Shown piece after piece: positions 32,378 to 44,500 of a DNA stretch of 64,000 bases. The DNA is taken from positions 1,056,001 through 1,120,000 of the forward strand of contig CAVQKE010000004.1 of the NCBI GenBank assembly GCA_963713045.1. The letters are read 5' to 3'. Below the pieces are notes generated by a model. It was not told the DNA's origin and searched no databases. It saw only the letters and a program-made list of their open reading frames with translations. This DNA comes from an uncultured delta proteobacterium (GTDB lineage: Bacteria; Myxococcota; Myxococcia; Myxococcales; Myxococcaceae). The position numbers and the translations under genes are program-made. Within the stretch, counting starts at the first letter, position 1. The number at the start of each line of letters is the position of its first letter.

Positions 32378-33534
32378 GCTGTCACCCCGCGCTCCTCGAG
32401 CCACCACATGGCCACCAGCCCCGCCAGGCCAAAGAGGAGGTTGGGCCCCTGCCCCGCCACCAGCGCCGGCAGCCGCCCGGTACTGCCCCAATTCTCGAAG
32501 CTGCGTTCCACCACGTAAAACAGGACGTAAAACCCCAAGCTCAGCATGTAGGCCAGCCCGCGGGCCCGACGCAGCCGCATCGCCAAAGGAACTGCCAGCA
32601 GCGCGAAGGCCACCGGGGTCAGGCCCTGGGCCATTCGCACGTCGAAGGCAGTGAGGAAGGGCGCCGGGCTTTTCCCAGCAGCCCGGCTCTGCTGCGCGGC
32701 GGCGAGCAACTCCCCAGGCGTCAGTTCCTCGATGGGGGAGCTCAGCTTGTTCTTCCGCAGAAGCGTGTCCTCCACCCCCACCGACAGCTCGCCGTGGTCG
32801 AAGTTGAGCACCGCATAGTCCCCTCCAGTGCGTTCGGCGCGGTGCACTTCGCCTTCACGCAGCGCGACGGTCAGCGTCGAGCCGGCCCCCTCCGCGCTCA
32901 CCAAGCCCTCGCGGGCCAGCACCAGGATGGGGGCCCGCGGGTCCCTTTCATCGTGCACCAGCACCTGCGTCCAGACACCGCGCTGGTTGTCCACGCCGCG
33001 AGCATAGAGGGTGAGGTCGGTGAGGTCCTCGTAGAAGACGCCCGGCTTCACGTCGCCCAGCACGTTGCGTTTGACGACTTGGCTGACAATCCGCTTCACC
33101 TGCTTGAGTCCCCACGGCTCGACAGTGGAGGACAACACCAGAATCAGGCCCCCCAGCGCCGCCGCCAGGGCGATGGGAACGCGCGCCACCTGCCACGGCG
33201 CGGAGCCGAGGGCGCCCAGAGCCAGAAGCTCACGGTCCTCGGCCATCCGCCCGAGGCCGAGAAGAATGGCCAAGAGAAGCCCCACCGGAAGCGCCATCAC
33301 CAGAAAGTGCGGCGCGAGGTTGGCTGCCAGCCGGCCATAGTCGTTCAGGGTGACGGCGCTGCCCAACAGCACGTCCGTCCCGCGCAGGAACTGCATCACG
33401 AAGAGCAGCAGAAACAGAAACGCCACCCACACCACCAGCGGACCCACCAATTCCCGCAGCACCGCCCGCACCAACAGCGGCAGCACCCTCCGGCTGTTGC
33501 CGGGCGACGTCTTGCGGCCAGCCGGCCCTGTCAC
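32374..33534 (-). CDS. lptF: LptF/LptG family permease
   Basis: LGRMAEDRELLAL, VKPGVF and PNLL motifs. Confidence 0.85.
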   Translation of the reverse strand: MTGPAGRKTSPGNSRRVLPLLVRAVLRELVGPLVVWVAFLFLLLFVMQFLRGTDVLLGSAVTLNDYGRLAANLAPHFLVMALPVGLLLAILLGLGRMAEDRELLALGALGSAPWQVARVPIALAAALGGLILVLSSTVEPWGLKQVKRIVSQVVKRNVLGDVKPGVFYEDLTDLTLYARGVDNQRGVWTQVLVHDERDPRAPILVLAREGLVSAEGAGSTLTVALREGEVHRAERTGGDYAVLNFDHGELSVGVEDTLLRKNKLSSPIEELTPGELLAAAQQSRAAGKSPAPFLTAFDVRMAQGLTPVAFALLAVPLAMRLRRARGLAYMLSLGFYVLFYVVERSFENWGSTGRLPALVAGQGPNLLFGLAGLVAMWWLEERGVTA

Positions 33535-34784
33535 CCGGCCCCTCCGGCGCGCAGGGCGCGCTCCCCAATGTCGTGGCGAAACAGCATCCCGTCAAAGTGA
33601 ATGCCGGCAATGGCCTGGTAAGCACAAGCCCGCGCGTCGGCCAATGACCGGCCCTGCGCACAAACGGTGAGGACGCGGCCTCCCGCCGTCACCAGCCGCC
33701 CGTCGACCAGTGCCGTCGCGGCGTGGAAGACGTGCGCTGCCTTCGACGGCTGCTCAGCGCCGGAAATGGGAAGCCCGGTCCGTGGATTTCCGGGGTAGCC
33801 AGCGCTGGCCAGCACCACCCCCACCGCGGCGCCACGAGCGACGGCGAGTGGGCGCGGGCGCAGCGTTCCGGTGGCGCAGGCGTACAGCAACGGCAGAAGG
33901 TCCTCGGCGAGCTGCAGCACCAGGACCTGCGCCTCTGGGTCCCCGAAGCGCGCGTTGAATTCCAGGACCCGTGGCCCCTCCTCGGTCAGCATCAGGCCGG
34001 CATACAGCGCCCCCCGGAAGGGGTGTCCCCGGCGCGCCATCTCGCGCAACACCGGGGCAATGACGGTGGCACCGATGGCGTCCAGGGCCACACCGCGCAG
34101 CGGCCCCGGGCAAACGGCCCCCATGCCTCCGGTATTGGGCCCCAAGTCGCCGTCCAACAGCCGCTTGTGGTCCTGAGCCGGCGGCAGCAGGACGAAGCGT
34201 TCCCCGTCGGCGAGGGCGATGACCGACACTTCCTCGCCGTCCAGCACGTCTTCCAGCAAAAACCCCGTGCCCAGCCGGGACAGCTCGCGAATGGCAGCCA
34301 CCGCTTCCTGAGCGGAGCTGGCCACCACCACCCCCTTTCCGGCCGCCAGGCCTTCGGCCTTCACCACCAGCCGACCTCGGGTGCGTGCGTAGACTTCGGC
34401 GGCCTGCGCGTCCTCGAAGCTGCGGTGGGCGGCGGTGGCCACCTGGGCAGCCTTCATGACGTCCTTGGCAAAGGCCTTGCTCGACTCGAGGCGTGCCGCG
34501 GCGGCGTCGGGGCCGAAGACGGCGATTCCCGCCTGCCGCAGGGCGTCCGCCACACCGCGGCTGAGGGGCACCTCCGGGCCCACCACCACCAAGTCCGCCC
34601 GCATGGCGCGGGCGAGTGCCGTCACGGCCTCTGGGTCCTCCGCCACCACCGGCCGGTTCTCTGCCACCAAGGCCATGCCGGGGTTGCCGGGCGCACACAC
34701 CAGGTGCTTCAGGGCGGAACTCTGCGCAAGTTTCCACGCCAGCGCGTGCTCGCGTCCACCGCTGCCGACAACCAGGACGCGCAT
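33531..34784 (-). CDS. purD: Phosphoribosylamine-glycine ligase
   Basis: GSGGREHAL, LESSKAFAK, GLAAGKGV, QDHKR, GPNTGGMG and EFNARFGDPE motifs. Confidence 0.96.
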   Translation of the reverse strand: MRVLVVGSGGREHALAWKLAQSSALKHLVCAPGNPGMALVAENRPVVAEDPEAVTALARAMRADLVVVGPEVPLSRGVADALRQAGIAVFGPDAAAARLESSKAFAKDVMKAAQVATAAHRSFEDAQAAEVYARTRGRLVVKAEGLAAGKGVVVASSAQEAVAAIRELSRLGTGFLLEDVLDGEEVSVIALADGERFVLLPPAQDHKRLLDGDLGPNTGGMGAVCPGPLRGVALDAIGATVIAPVLREMARRGHPFRGALYAGLMLTEEGPRVLEFNARFGDPEAQVLVLQLAEDLLPLLYACATGTLRPRPLAVARGAAVGVVLASAGYPGNPRTGLPISGAEQPSKAAHVFHAATALVDGRLVTAGGRVLTVCAQGRSLADARACAYQAIAGIHFDGMLFRHDIGERALRAGGAG

Positions 34785-37489
34785 CAGTCCTCCTTGGGGA
34801 GAAGGTACAGGGCCCGCTTGGCGGACGCGTAGCTGGGGTCGAGGTGCACCACCTTGCGCAGGCGCTCGCGTGCCACACCGACGGCGCCGGCCCGCACTTC
34901 GGCCTCGGCCAGCTTCACCTGGGCCGCCAGCAGTCCTGGCGCCAGCTGGGTCACTTCCCGCAGCCAGCGCCGGGCGCCCTCCAGGTCACCGGCGGCCAAA
35001 GCGGCGACGCCGGCGGCGTACTGCACCAGCGGGAGGGAACGCCCCCTGGCTTGAGCCAGCTGCGCAGCGGCCACCGCGGCTTTCACGTCCGAGCGCTCGA
35101 GCAGCACCAGCGCTCGCCAGGCCAGGGCCTGGGGGTGGGCGGCGTCCAGGCTGAGAGCCCGCACCAGCGCGGCGTCGGCGCCCGCCCAGTCCCGGCGGTG
35201 GAAGCGCAGGACCGCCAGGCCCACCAGCGCGTTGGGGTCCGCGCCTTGGGCCAGCAGCACCAGCGGCGGCTCGGCGCCGCGCAGCGACTCCTCTGGGCGA
35301 AGCGACAACTCGGAGAGGGGGCTGAAGGGGCCAGCCCGGGTGGGGTCGGCTTCCATCGCAGCGGCGAGCGAGGCCAGCGCCTCGCCCCGGCTGGGGACAC
35401 TCGCTTGGGCCGCGGCGCTCCACAACAGCGCGTCGATGCGGCGCGGGTCGGCGACGGCGGTTTTTGCAAACACCTCGGCGGCTGCCGCCGGTTGTGTCTG
35501 GGCCATCCTCACCCGTCCCTCCACCACCCCTTCGAGGCCAACATCGTCCAGGTGTCCCATCACCTGGGGAAGGTGCTGGGCGGCGCCGGCGCCATCGCCG
35601 CGGTCCAGCGCCAACAGCAGGAGCTGCAGGTGGGCACCGGCGTCGGTGCCCTGCAGCGCCAGCGCTGCCCGAGCCGCAGAACCGGCTGCCTCGGCGTCGC
35701 CCGAAGCCCGTGCGGCCGCCGCCAACAGCGTGTCGGCGCGGACCCGCGACGCCGCCGTCAGGCGGTCGCGTTTCAAGGCCGCGCGCAGCAGCTGCGTTGC
35801 GTCCTTTGGACGGCCCTGCAGCGTGTCGAGGGCGGCGAGGGCGAGCAGCGCCGGGCCATCCTCGGTGCGGGGGTCGGCCTGCAGCCTCTCAAACAGGCGG
35901 CGCGCTTGCTCCGGCTCTCCCACCTCGACCAGCAGCCGGCCCGTGCCAAAGAGGCTGCCGGCGTGGTCCGGTTCGAGGGCCAGCCGGGCCTGCAGGGCGG
36001 CCAGCGCCTCGCGCGGCTGGCCGTTGGCAGCGAAGGCCTCGGCGCGCAACAGAGGAATGCGGCGCTGACTCGGGTCGGCTTGCTCGGCCTTTTGCAGTTC
36101 GGTCAGCGCCAAGTCGGCCGAGGTGCGGACGTAGGTGCGCGCCAGCACGCGGTGGCCCTGGGCCAGAGTGCCACCCTCCGCCGCGACCGCCTCCTGGGCC
36201 AACGCCCGGGCGCGCGACTCTGCCCCCGGCTCAGCCCTCACGAGCAACAGCTCGGCCAGCCCGAGGAGCACCGCCGGCGAACGTCCACTGGTGCCGGCCG
36301 CACTCTCCGCCAGCTGCAGAAGGGAGGAGGCCTCGGCGCTGTCCAGCGTCGCGCCCCGACCCAAGGCGACCGCCGTCAGCCAGGCCCCCAACAAGTCACC
36401 GTCGCGCGGCGCGTCCACCAGCGCCCCTTCAAGACGCTTCTCCGCTGCGGCGTAGGCTGCCGGCTGGTCGAGGGCCAGCTCGCGCTGGGCGTCCACCAGT
36501 GCTTCCTTTGCCCCTTCTCCCGGGCCGGACTTGGCCGCGCGCCAGCGGGCGAGCCGCGCCTCGAGACCGGTCGGCAGCGGCCCAGGCGGCGCGGTGCGCT
36601 TCGGCGGCCGCACCGGCAAGGGCACCCGAAGCGAGGCGCTTCCCCGCGCGTACAGCCAAACCGTCGCTGCGATGCCAAGCAGTAGGACGGCGGCGAGAGC
36701 CACCAGCGCCTTCCACCGTCCCCGGCGGAGGGTGGCGGCCGGCCGCGGCGCCGGCGGCGTCCGGCGCGGGGGAGACGTCCGGCGCTGAAAGGGTGAAGTG
36801 TCCACCACCGGCGGCGGCGCGGCGACTGGAGGTGGGGCCAGCTGGGCCGCGGCGGTGGTGCGGCAGGGCGTGCACACTCCACTGGCCACGTCCTCCAGTC
36901 CTGGCAACTCGCCCCCGCAGCTGGCACACGAGGCTTCGGGCAGCGCTTCCTCGTCCTCGGCGCCCCCAGCCGGCTCCGACGTGAAGAGGTCCGCCGCGGG
37001 GAAGCTGGGGGGCTTGTGCGCGGCGTCCAGGAAGGGCGGCGAAAGCGGCGGCGGCTCAGGCGGCGCAGGCGGAGGAGAATTCGCCGATGGCTGGAGCTGC
37101 AGGACCGAGGCGGCCTCGGCCGCTTCGGTGTCACTCCAAGCCAATTCGCCGAAAAGCTCGGCCCGCGCCTCTGGCCCTTCCGTTTGCAGTGCCTCAGGGG
37201 GAGGAGCCGGGGGCCGGGCCACCATTCTGGTGGTCAGCGTGACCCGCGCCACCTGACTGCGGGCCGGCCCTTCCGGGTCCACCTCCCGCCCCACCACCGG
37301 GGGACGGCTGACGGAAATGGGGTTGGCCATCTCCCGGGCGCGCGTCGCGGGGTTGGCCCGGGGGTCCGGCGGAGGCGGGACGTACTGGATGTTTTTGCAG
37401 CGGGGGCATTGGGACCGCACCCCGCGCGGCGTCATCGCCCCGTCGTCGATGAGGTAGACCGCCGCGCAACTCTCGCAAGCCAGGCGCAT
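34784..37489 (-). CDS. Zinc-ribbon (MJ0042-type) + TM + TPR protein
   Basis: N-terminal CESC...CPRC, Pro-rich linker, second CASC...CTPC, a TM helix, then Ala/Leu-rich TPR-like repeats. Confidence 0.8.
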   Translation of the reverse strand: MRLACESCAAVYLIDDGAMTPRGVRSQCPRCKNIQYVPPPPDPRANPATRAREMANPISVSRPPVVGREVDPEGPARSQVARVTLTTRMVARPPAPPPEALQTEGPEARAELFGELAWSDTEAAEAASVLQLQPSANSPPPAPPEPPPLSPPFLDAAHKPPSFPAADLFTSEPAGGAEDEEALPEASCASCGGELPGLEDVASGVCTPCRTTAAAQLAPPPVAAPPPVVDTSPFQRRTSPPRRTPPAPRPAATLRRGRWKALVALAAVLLLGIAATVWLYARGSASLRVPLPVRPPKRTAPPGPLPTGLEARLARWRAAKSGPGEGAKEALVDAQRELALDQPAAYAAAEKRLEGALVDAPRDGDLLGAWLTAVALGRGATLDSAEASSLLQLAESAAGTSGRSPAVLLGLAELLLVRAEPGAESRARALAQEAVAAEGGTLAQGHRVLARTYVRTSADLALTELQKAEQADPSQRRIPLLRAEAFAANGQPREALAALQARLALEPDHAGSLFGTGRLLVEVGEPEQARRLFERLQADPRTEDGPALLALAALDTLQGRPKDATQLLRAALKRDRLTAASRVRADTLLAAAARASGDAEAAGSAARAALALQGTDAGAHLQLLLLALDRGDGAGAAQHLPQVMGHLDDVGLEGVVEGRVRMAQTQPAAAAEVFAKTAVADPRRIDALLWSAAAQASVPSRGEALASLAAAMEADPTRAGPFSPLSELSLRPEESLRGAEPPLVLLAQGADPNALVGLAVLRFHRRDWAGADAALVRALSLDAAHPQALAWRALVLLERSDVKAAVAAAQLAQARGRSLPLVQYAAGVAALAAGDLEGARRWLREVTQLAPGLLAAQVKLAEAEVRAGAVGVARERLRKVVHLDPSYASAKRALYLLPKED

Positions 37490-37503
37490 TTCGGGCAGAC
37501 GGC

Positions 37504-39054
37504 TCAGTGCCGGAAGTGCCGGACCCCGGTGAAAACCATCGCCAGCCCGTGCGCGTCGGCGGCGGCGATGACTTCGGCGTCCCGCAGCGAGCCACCGGGT
37601 TGGATGACGGCCGTCGCACCGGCACGGGCCACTTCATCCAGGCCATCCCGGAAAGGGAAGAAGGCATCGGAGGCCACCACGCTGCCGCGCAGCGCCTCGC
37701 CCCCACGCGCCGCGGCGATTTTGGCCGACTCGACGCGGCTGGTTTGTCCGCCGCCCGCGGCGAGAAGCCGGTCGGCGGTGGAAAAGACGATGGCGTTGCT
37801 CTTGACGTGTTTGCACACCCGCCAGGCAAACCGCAGTGCTGCCTCCTCGGCTTGAGTGGGGGCCCTTTGGGTGACGACTTTCCAGGCCAGCTCAGGTTCC
37901 ACCGCATCGCGGTCCTGCACCAACAGGCCCCCGGAGACGCTGCGCAATTCCTGGGAAGCCACCGGGCGCGCCGCTGCGGGCCAGGCCTGGGCCTGCAGAA
38001 GCCGGAGGTTCTTCTTGACGGCGAGAATTTCCCGCGCCGCGGCGCTGTAGGACGGCGCGATGACCGCTTCCAGAAACGTCTCGGCCAGCGCGCGGGCCAC
38101 CGGGGCGTCCACCTCCCGGTTGAGGGCGACAATGCCGCCGAAGGCGGAGACTTCATCGATGGCGCGCGCCGTCCGGTAGGCCGTTTCCAGGACGTCGGAG
38201 AGGGCCACGCCGCAGGGGGTGTTGTGCTTGATGATGACCGCCGCCGGGCGCTCGGGAAATTCCAAGGCCAGCGCCAGCGCCGCGTCCAGGTCGAGCAAGT
38301 TGTTGTAGGAGAGCTCCTTGCCCTGCAGCACCTCGGCGAAGCCCAAGGAAGGCGCCTGGGGCGCCTGGTAAGCGCGGTAGAACGCGGCGCGCTGGTGCGG
38401 GTTTTCTCCGTAGCGCAAGTCGAACCCCTTGCGAAAGGAGGCAGTTAACTCGGCCGGAAAGGCCTCCGAGGCGCGCGCCTGCAGGTAGGCGGAGATGGAG
38501 GCGTCGTAGGCAGCAGTGTGCGCGAAGGCCTTGCGGACCAGCCGCGCCCGCGTGGCGGCGGTGGCGCCGCCCGAACGCAGCTCCCGCAAGAGGTCTGGGT
38601 AGTCGTCCGGGTCCACCACCACGCTGACCCGGGCGCCATTCTTCGCCGCGGCGCGCACCAGCGCCGGACCGCCGATGTCGATGTTTTCGATGACTTCTTC
38701 CTCGGTTGCCCCGGCGGCCACCGTCTGCCGGAAGGGGTAGAGGTTGACCGCCAGGACGGAGATGGGCCGAATGGCTTGGGCCTCCATCTCGGCGCGGTCG
38801 ACCGACAGCTCTGGCCGGCCGAGGAGGCCGCCGTGGATTTTCGGGTGCAGGGTCTTCACCCGCCCACCGAGAATTTCTGGGCTGCCGGTGTATTCAGAGA
38901 CTTTGGTGGCCGCCAGACCAGCCGCTTGGAGGGCCTGGAGCGTGCCGCCGGTGCTGAGAATCTGGAAGCCGAGCTCAAGAAGCCCAGCCGCGAACGGAAC
39001 CAGTCCGCGCTTGTCGGAAACACTGAGGAGGGCCAGCAAGGGCAGTCCTGCCAA
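37504..39054 (-). CDS. purH: Bifunctional AICAR transformylase/IMP cyclohydrolase
   Basis: [42 protein letters not shown] and RHFRH motifs. Confidence 0.96.
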   Translation of the reverse strand: MAGLPLLALLSVSDKRGLVPFAAGLLELGFQILSTGGTLQALQAAGLAATKVSEYTGSPEILGGRVKTLHPKIHGGLLGRPELSVDRAEMEAQAIRPISVLAVNLYPFRQTVAAGATEEEVIENIDIGGPALVRAAAKNGARVSVVVDPDDYPDLLRELRSGGATAATRARLVRKAFAHTAAYDASISAYLQARASEAFPAELTASFRKGFDLRYGENPHQRAAFYRAYQAPQAPSLGFAEVLQGKELSYNNLLDLDAALALALEFPERPAAVIIKHNTPCGVALSDVLETAYRTARAIDEVSAFGGIVALNREVDAPVARALAETFLEAVIAPSYSAAAREILAVKKNLRLLQAQAWPAAARPVASQELRSVSGGLLVQDRDAVEPELAWKVVTQRAPTQAEEAALRFAWRVCKHVKSNAIVFSTADRLLAAGGGQTSRVESAKIAAARGGEALRGSVVASDAFFPFRDGLDEVARAGATAVIQPGGSLRDAEVIAAADAHGLAMVFTGVRHFRH

Positions 39055-39170
39055 TGGGAGGGGACTGTGGAGGTCTAAACCATTGGGCGCCGGGGAGTGT
39101 CAACGAGGGCATGATGCCGGGGGTCGCCACCACCCCGGTGCCAAGGCCGGTTTGCCGGGGCGGCGCAGAG

Positions 39171-39635
39171 TCACTCCTCGGTGGCTTCGCGCAGCTTGGC
39201 CAGACCGCGCGTCTCCACCTGGCGGATGCGTTCGCGGGTGAGATTCATGATGGCGCCCACTTCCTCCAGGGTGATGCCACCCTTTTCGGCGACGTCCAGG
39301 GCGCAGGTGTGCTCCAGCTCCCAAATTTCTTTGTCCGGGAAGTTGAGCTTGATGGAGCCAGTCTCCGGGTTCACATCCAGGTAGAGGTTGTGCTTGCACG
39401 AGACGAAGAGGCAGGGCCGCGGCCCGTTGACGCACTCGGCCCGCGTCCTGGGCCTCATCCCTTCGATGCTCTTGATGAGTTCTGCTTCCTCGGGTTCTAG
39501 CTCGCCGCCGAGTCGGCGGCGCCGAAGGTCCCGCGCCATCTGTTTTCGAGACATCGTCCGCGAGCGTTGCCGCTCGGGAGTGACTTCGACGGCGGGGATT
39601 GGTTCGGGCTCGGATTCTGCATTCGCTTCACTCAT
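39171..39635 (-). CDS. Stand-alone sigma-70 region-4 HTH protein with a Cys cluster
   Basis: [20 protein letters not shown] preceded by [16 protein letters not shown]...TCALD; GGAGG RBS. Confidence 0.85.
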   Translation of the reverse strand: MSEANAESEPEPIPAVEVTPERQRSRTMSRKQMARDLRRRRLGGELEPEEAELIKSIEGMRPRTRAECVNGPRPCLFVSCKHNLYLDVNPETGSIKLNFPDKEIWELEHTCALDVAEKGGITLEEVGAIMNLTRERIRQVETRGLAKLREATEE

Positions 39636-39693
39636 GGCTTCCCTCCTCCAGCTTTCTTGAACGTCGGCGGCCGCCCACCCGAGGGCGGCCGGT

Positions 39694-40209
39694 TCAGCTC
39701 AACTCCTCCGCGGGCGCGCGTTGGGCAGTCAGCTCGCTGCCGAGGCGCGACAGGTCGCGCACCAAGCCCTCGGAGCGCCGCTGCAGCAGCTCCAGCTCGT
39801 TCTGCAGCTCGCGCTTGTGCGTCGAACCGAAGGGCCGCGACTCGAGCTCGGCCGACAGGCCGGCCAGCGTCTCGCCCAGGCCGCGCTGGACTTGGTCAAT
39901 GCCGTTCTTGAAGAAGACGAACGAGCGCTTGATGTCTTCCAGGGTGAGGCCGGCGGCCATCATCTTCTTGATGGCGTTGATGCGTCGGACGGACTCGACG
40001 GGGTAGACGCCGTGGCTGCCGCGGTGCTTGCCCTTGCGCCCCACCCGGCGGCTGCGGGGGAGAAGTCCGGCCTGGACGTATTTGCGGAAGGTGGCCTCGG
40101 ACAGGCGGACGCCGCGCGGTCGGAAGATTTCGAGAATCGTCCCGGCGGAAAGGCCACGGGCGTGATCTCGCTCGATGCGGGCGATCTCTGCTGGGCCCAA
40201 TAACTCCAT
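39694..40209 (-). CDS. MerR-like HTH regulator
   Basis: [15 protein letters not shown]...YP...[16 protein letters not shown] and a C-terminal coiled coil. Confidence 0.8.
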   Translation of the reverse strand: MELLGPAEIARIERDHARGLSAGTILEIFRPRGVRLSEATFRKYVQAGLLPRSRRVGRKGKHRGSHGVYPVESVRRINAIKKMMAAGLTLEDIKRSFVFFKNGIDQVQRGLGETLAGLSAELESRPFGSTHKRELQNELELLQRRSEGLVRDLSRLGSELTAQRAPAEELS

Positions 40210-40281
40210 TCAGTACCGCCGTTTCAATAGAGACAACTGAATGTACTCCATTAAATAACTTAGCGAGAAGGGAGACGTCAA
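40203..40281 (-). promoter_or_regulatory. AT-rich sigma-70 promoter/leader of the MerR-like gene
   Basis: Minus strand TTGACG-17 bp-TTATTT; AATGGAGT direct repeat; CATTCAG/CTGAATG inverted repeat covering the ATG. Confidence 0.55.
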
Positions 40282-40778
40282 GGGAGGGCGGTCCTCAGGG
40301 GATCAGGCGTTCAGCGCGGGAGGCGACTCCAACGCGGGCCAGTGCCGGTCCTGCGCTGCTCGGCCGCTGGCGCGTGCCGGCCGCGCCACTGGCGTTCGGC
40401 CTGCGGACCCAACTGCGAAAAAGCACCGTTCAGGGGGCACCCCTCCAGCCCCAACCCGGTGCCTTCACCAAAGAGGAGAAGCACCCTCTCCACTTGGAAG
40501 TGGATGCTGTGGGCGTGGCCTGCAGCCGGCTTCCGCAACCGGAGGTCGGCCGTCGCCCCCGCCAACAACCGAAGTCCGAGGCGTCCGTCGCCCATTCTTC
40601 CTTCCTTTCCGAGTGATGTAGGCCTAGATGCTACCTGCGGCACCGGCGGCCGCAACAAAGCGGCGGCCAGGCGCTTTCCGGGAGGGTACCGGGCCACACC
40701 GGCCGGCTATGCTGGCCAGGCCGGGTGCGGTGACACGGGGCGGCCAACCAAGCGCCCGGAGCTCCTCTGGAGGACTGC

Positions 40779-41294
40779 TTGCACACACGGGTGGGCGCTT
40801 CACGCCGGGCGGGGGTAGCGCGGTGGGCGGCGGTGGGGCTGTTGGGCTTCGGCCTTGGGTGCGCCGGCGGGGGCGGCCGCGCTGGCCGGCCCACTGCCGC
40901 GCCGGACTTCGTCAAGACGGCCGGCCCCTGCTGGGTGGGCGGCCGCATCAGCCTCGACCCGGCACTGTTCCCCACCAACCCCGATGATGAGTTGGCCTCC
41001 CTCTCCTGCGAAAACCTGGTGGTGGTGCAGAAGAGCGAGGACGGCAGCACCAAACTCATCCACGCCGACGGCGTCTTCGCCCAGGGCTACGGCGAATGCC
41101 GGTACCAATTCACCGACGTGCCGCCAGGCACCTCCAGCTATTCGGGCCGCGTGGTGGCCCTCAGCGTCCCGGAATCCCGCTACGCCCTCACCTCGGCCGT
41201 GGAATTCAACGCCGTGCGCTGCGGCGGCTCGCTGGCCTCGCTCAACCAGCAGCTCGACTTCGTTCTCACCATCCCCGACGTCCGCGGCCGCTGA
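40779..41294 (+). CDS. Lipoprotein of unknown function
   Basis: GGAGG RBS, lipobox FGLGC, four further Cys, and coding-like third-position GC bias. Confidence 0.7.
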   Translation: MHTRVGASRRAGVARWAAVGLLGFGLGCAGGGGRAGRPTAAPDFVKTAGPCWVGGRISLDPALFPTNPDDELASLSCENLVVVQKSEDGSTKLIHADGVFAQGYGECRYQFTDVPPGTSSYSGRVVALSVPESRYALTSAVEFNAVRCGGSLASLNQQLDFVLTIPDVRGR

Positions 41295-41535
41295 ATCCCC
41301 ACAGCGCCCAAGCACGCTGTTGGCCACCTTCGGCGCCTCGTGGCCAAAACCGAAGGCCGCAGCAACGTTGGTGTCCGGGGCGCATTCAGGCCGCAGCGAG
41401 TGCCGCCGGGGCGAGCAGGCCCGAGCGGTCAGGGCCCACGCCCCCCCCACCGGCGTCCACCGACCCCACCCGCCCACGCCCCGCGTTGAAACCGGGGCCG
41501 GCGCGCGGGCCAGAGTCGCGGCCCCCGGGCGGCCT

Positions 41536-44500
41536 TCATCGCCCGGAACGCCAGGCCGCCGGTATCAGCCAGTAGAGCGCCCCGTTGAGGTCGGCCACCG
41601 TCAGCGCGAGGAAGGGCGTCTGCCAGCCGGAGGGGGTGATGCTTCGGAAGCCAAGAGAGATGCCGAAGCGGTCCTGGAGAAACGCCACGTCGACTTCAAG
41701 ACCCCAGGGGTAGGCGTTGGAGCCCGTCCAGTAGACCGACCAGCGAGGACCGACGCCGAGACTGATGCCGGCGAGATGGCCCGTCGCCCGCACGCCCAGC
41801 GTCGTCGCGGTGCGGCTGGGACTGAATTGAAGGTCCACCAGCTGAATCGTCGAGTCGAGGGAGAACCAGCGGGCGAGCCACAGCTCGGGCTCAATCCAGC
41901 TCAGCGCCAAGCCACCCCCCACGATGTCCACTGCCACCCGGTAGGGAACCAGGTGGGCGAGCACAATCGGCAGATAGGAGCCATCGGCCAACGGCTCCGA
42001 AGGAATCGTCGAGGGGTCGAGTACGAAACGCACGCCCGTCTCGTAGCTTTGCGCGCGGGTCAGCAGTTCGGTGGCACCGATGCTGAGATTCACCATTCCT
42101 TCTGTCCCGCTGGACTCGCCGCTGGGGAGCTGAATCTCGACGGTGGCCGCGCGGTCCACCGCCCGCTTGAGGGTCCCGGTGAACCACCTCCGCCGGCTCT
42201 CCAGGGCGGTGCGCATGCCGTCCGACTCGGGCACGTAACCCTGGGCCACCAGACCGTCCATGAAGCCGTCGAAGGAAAGCTCGCCGAAGCACAGCTTTTC
42301 GGCCGCGCCCTGCTCGCAGGCAGTGGGCTGACTGAGCAGCACTTCCAACACCTTCCCCACCGAGCCTTGGGAGTTGAGCACCGGGGGCACCGCTCCCAGC
42401 CAGCTCCAGCCGGACGTCCGTGCAAGACGCTCGGCCTCGGCGCTGCTGCCCAGCCAGGCGGCCAACTCGCGGCGTGCCAGCGTCTTCACCACAACGCTGG
42501 CCTTCGGCGAGTCAAACAGCCCGAGCCACCGCGCCGCCACCCCCATCGCCGCGCCGAGGCACAACTGGGTGTCCTCCTGGGTCAAGTCCAGCTCCCCGGT
42601 TCTGTCCTGCTTGCGCACCGGCGCCGGGCGAGCCGTCTCGTAAGGGTCCTGCAGGTCGCAGAAGTGCACCGCCGCCTCGTGAAGCCCGTCGTAGACGCCG
42701 ATGTAGTAGTCCGCCTCGCGCAGCGGGCGATCGAGAAAGCCGCCGAAGTCGGCCAGCTGGCTGCCCGCCAGTGGGCTGAAGCGGGTGGTGAGGACCAGCC
42801 GGCGCTCGCCGCTCGTCTCGTGTTCCAGTTCCGTCGCGTCCTGGGCCGCCTCGACGCTTTCGGCAGACAGCGTCCCAAGCCGCGCCCGAAGCTGCACCAG
42901 CCGCTCCAGCCGCCTCCAGGCCAAACGCGCCGCCTCGGCCAATTCTTCGGCCTTTGCTGCATGCAGGGCCTCCAAAAGGGGCTGAAGCGCTTGCACCGAA
43001 AAGGGCTGGGTGTCCGGGAGCTCAGCCAACTCGGCCAACGCCTTGGCAGCTGCCACCCCCACCCGAAGCGGGATGTTTTGGGCTGCCAGCACGCGCAACT
43101 GCGCGACCACCAGCGCGTTCGCCAGCCGGTTGATTTGCTCGGCCCGGGACCGCGCCTGTGCGACATACTGGAGGAGCGTCGTCCGGAGCCGCCGCAGCGC
43201 CTCTTCACTCAGCGTGCCGTGCGTCATCCGGGGCAACTCGTCGGTGAGGAGGTCCACCGCGGCCGCTGAAACCTCGGCCCGCGCGGTGTCGTAGCCCGCC
43301 ACCTGAAGGCGCTCGGCAGCGGTTGCGGTGCGACTGCGCAGCACTGCCTCCTCCATCCGGAGGCGGGGGTTGGCTTGTCCGGCGAAGGCCGACAGCATGT
43401 CGGCCATCCGAATCAGCTCCACGTCCGACAGGGGGGTGTCGGCCTTGGCCAATTGAACTGGGTCCGTCGCCAGAGGGTCCACGCCCGGAATTTCCCGAGC
43501 GGCAGCGGCACAGGCCTCCTGCAGCGCGGGCGCGCCCATCGCGGTGTCGCCACCCAGCCGCTGCAGGCAGCTGTACAACGTCCGACTCAGGCGAATGCGC
43601 GCTTTCAGCGGTCCGCGAAACACCGGCGGTGGAGCAACTTCGGTGGGCTCACCGTCGAGGTCCATCAAGTGCAGCTGCGCCGAGGCGCTCTCGGTGAGCA
43701 GTTGCGCTTCGCGCCACAGGAGGCCGCGGGTGGTGAGGTTCCACTGTTTTGAACCAACCGACTCGGTCAGCTGGCGTTGGCGCGCGGTCCCCACCAAGGT
43801 GAAGAAGAGGTCGACCGAACCACTGATGCCCCGGCCAGTGTGCTCCACTGGGTCCTGCTTGGCAGGGGGCTTGAGCCGACGGGTGTCCGGGTCCATGAAG
43901 AGCGCCGTCAGCGGCCGGAGGAGCCGCCAGCGGGCGAAGGCAGAGGCCTGCTCAACCGCCAGCCCGACGGGAGCATTGTCGAAGACGCCGCCGTCCACGA
44001 AATAGCTCTGACATAGGGACATCTCGCGGCCGCTGGCGGCGGTGGCATAGGCCGAGCAGGTGAGTCCATTCAGAGGGTGCTGGGCGTCCGGGCCGGGGCA
44101 ACTCCAGCCGCTGACTTCGGCGCCTTCGCCGCAGTGGACCAGGCACTCGCACAGCGGCCGGGGTCCAAAGGCCATTGGGAAGGCGGCCGATGCCAACAGC
44201 GCCTGCATCAGAGTGTCCGGCGAAGTCAACGTCTGGCTCCCGTCGCTCGAGTCGGCCAGCTTCAGCAGGCTGTCGGTGGCGTTGCGGCCACTCAGCTCCT
44301 GCCGGTGCAGGCGCACTTGGCCTGCTTCGTCCACTTCGAAGAGCAGCGGAAACACCGCGCGCTGCACCGGAAGCGAGAGGCCCGAAACGTCCAGCTTTTC
44401 GGGCGTCACCCGCGTCACGGTAAACCCCACCGGGAGGCGGCACCCCGCTTCGAAGCGCATGCCTCCCGGCGTGAACAAGCGCTCGCGGATGCGGTTCACA

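Noticed and set aside
40311..40697. Possible ORF and hairpin between the MerR-like and lipoprotein genes
   Set aside because: No recognisable protein or RNA family, and coding bias is weak.
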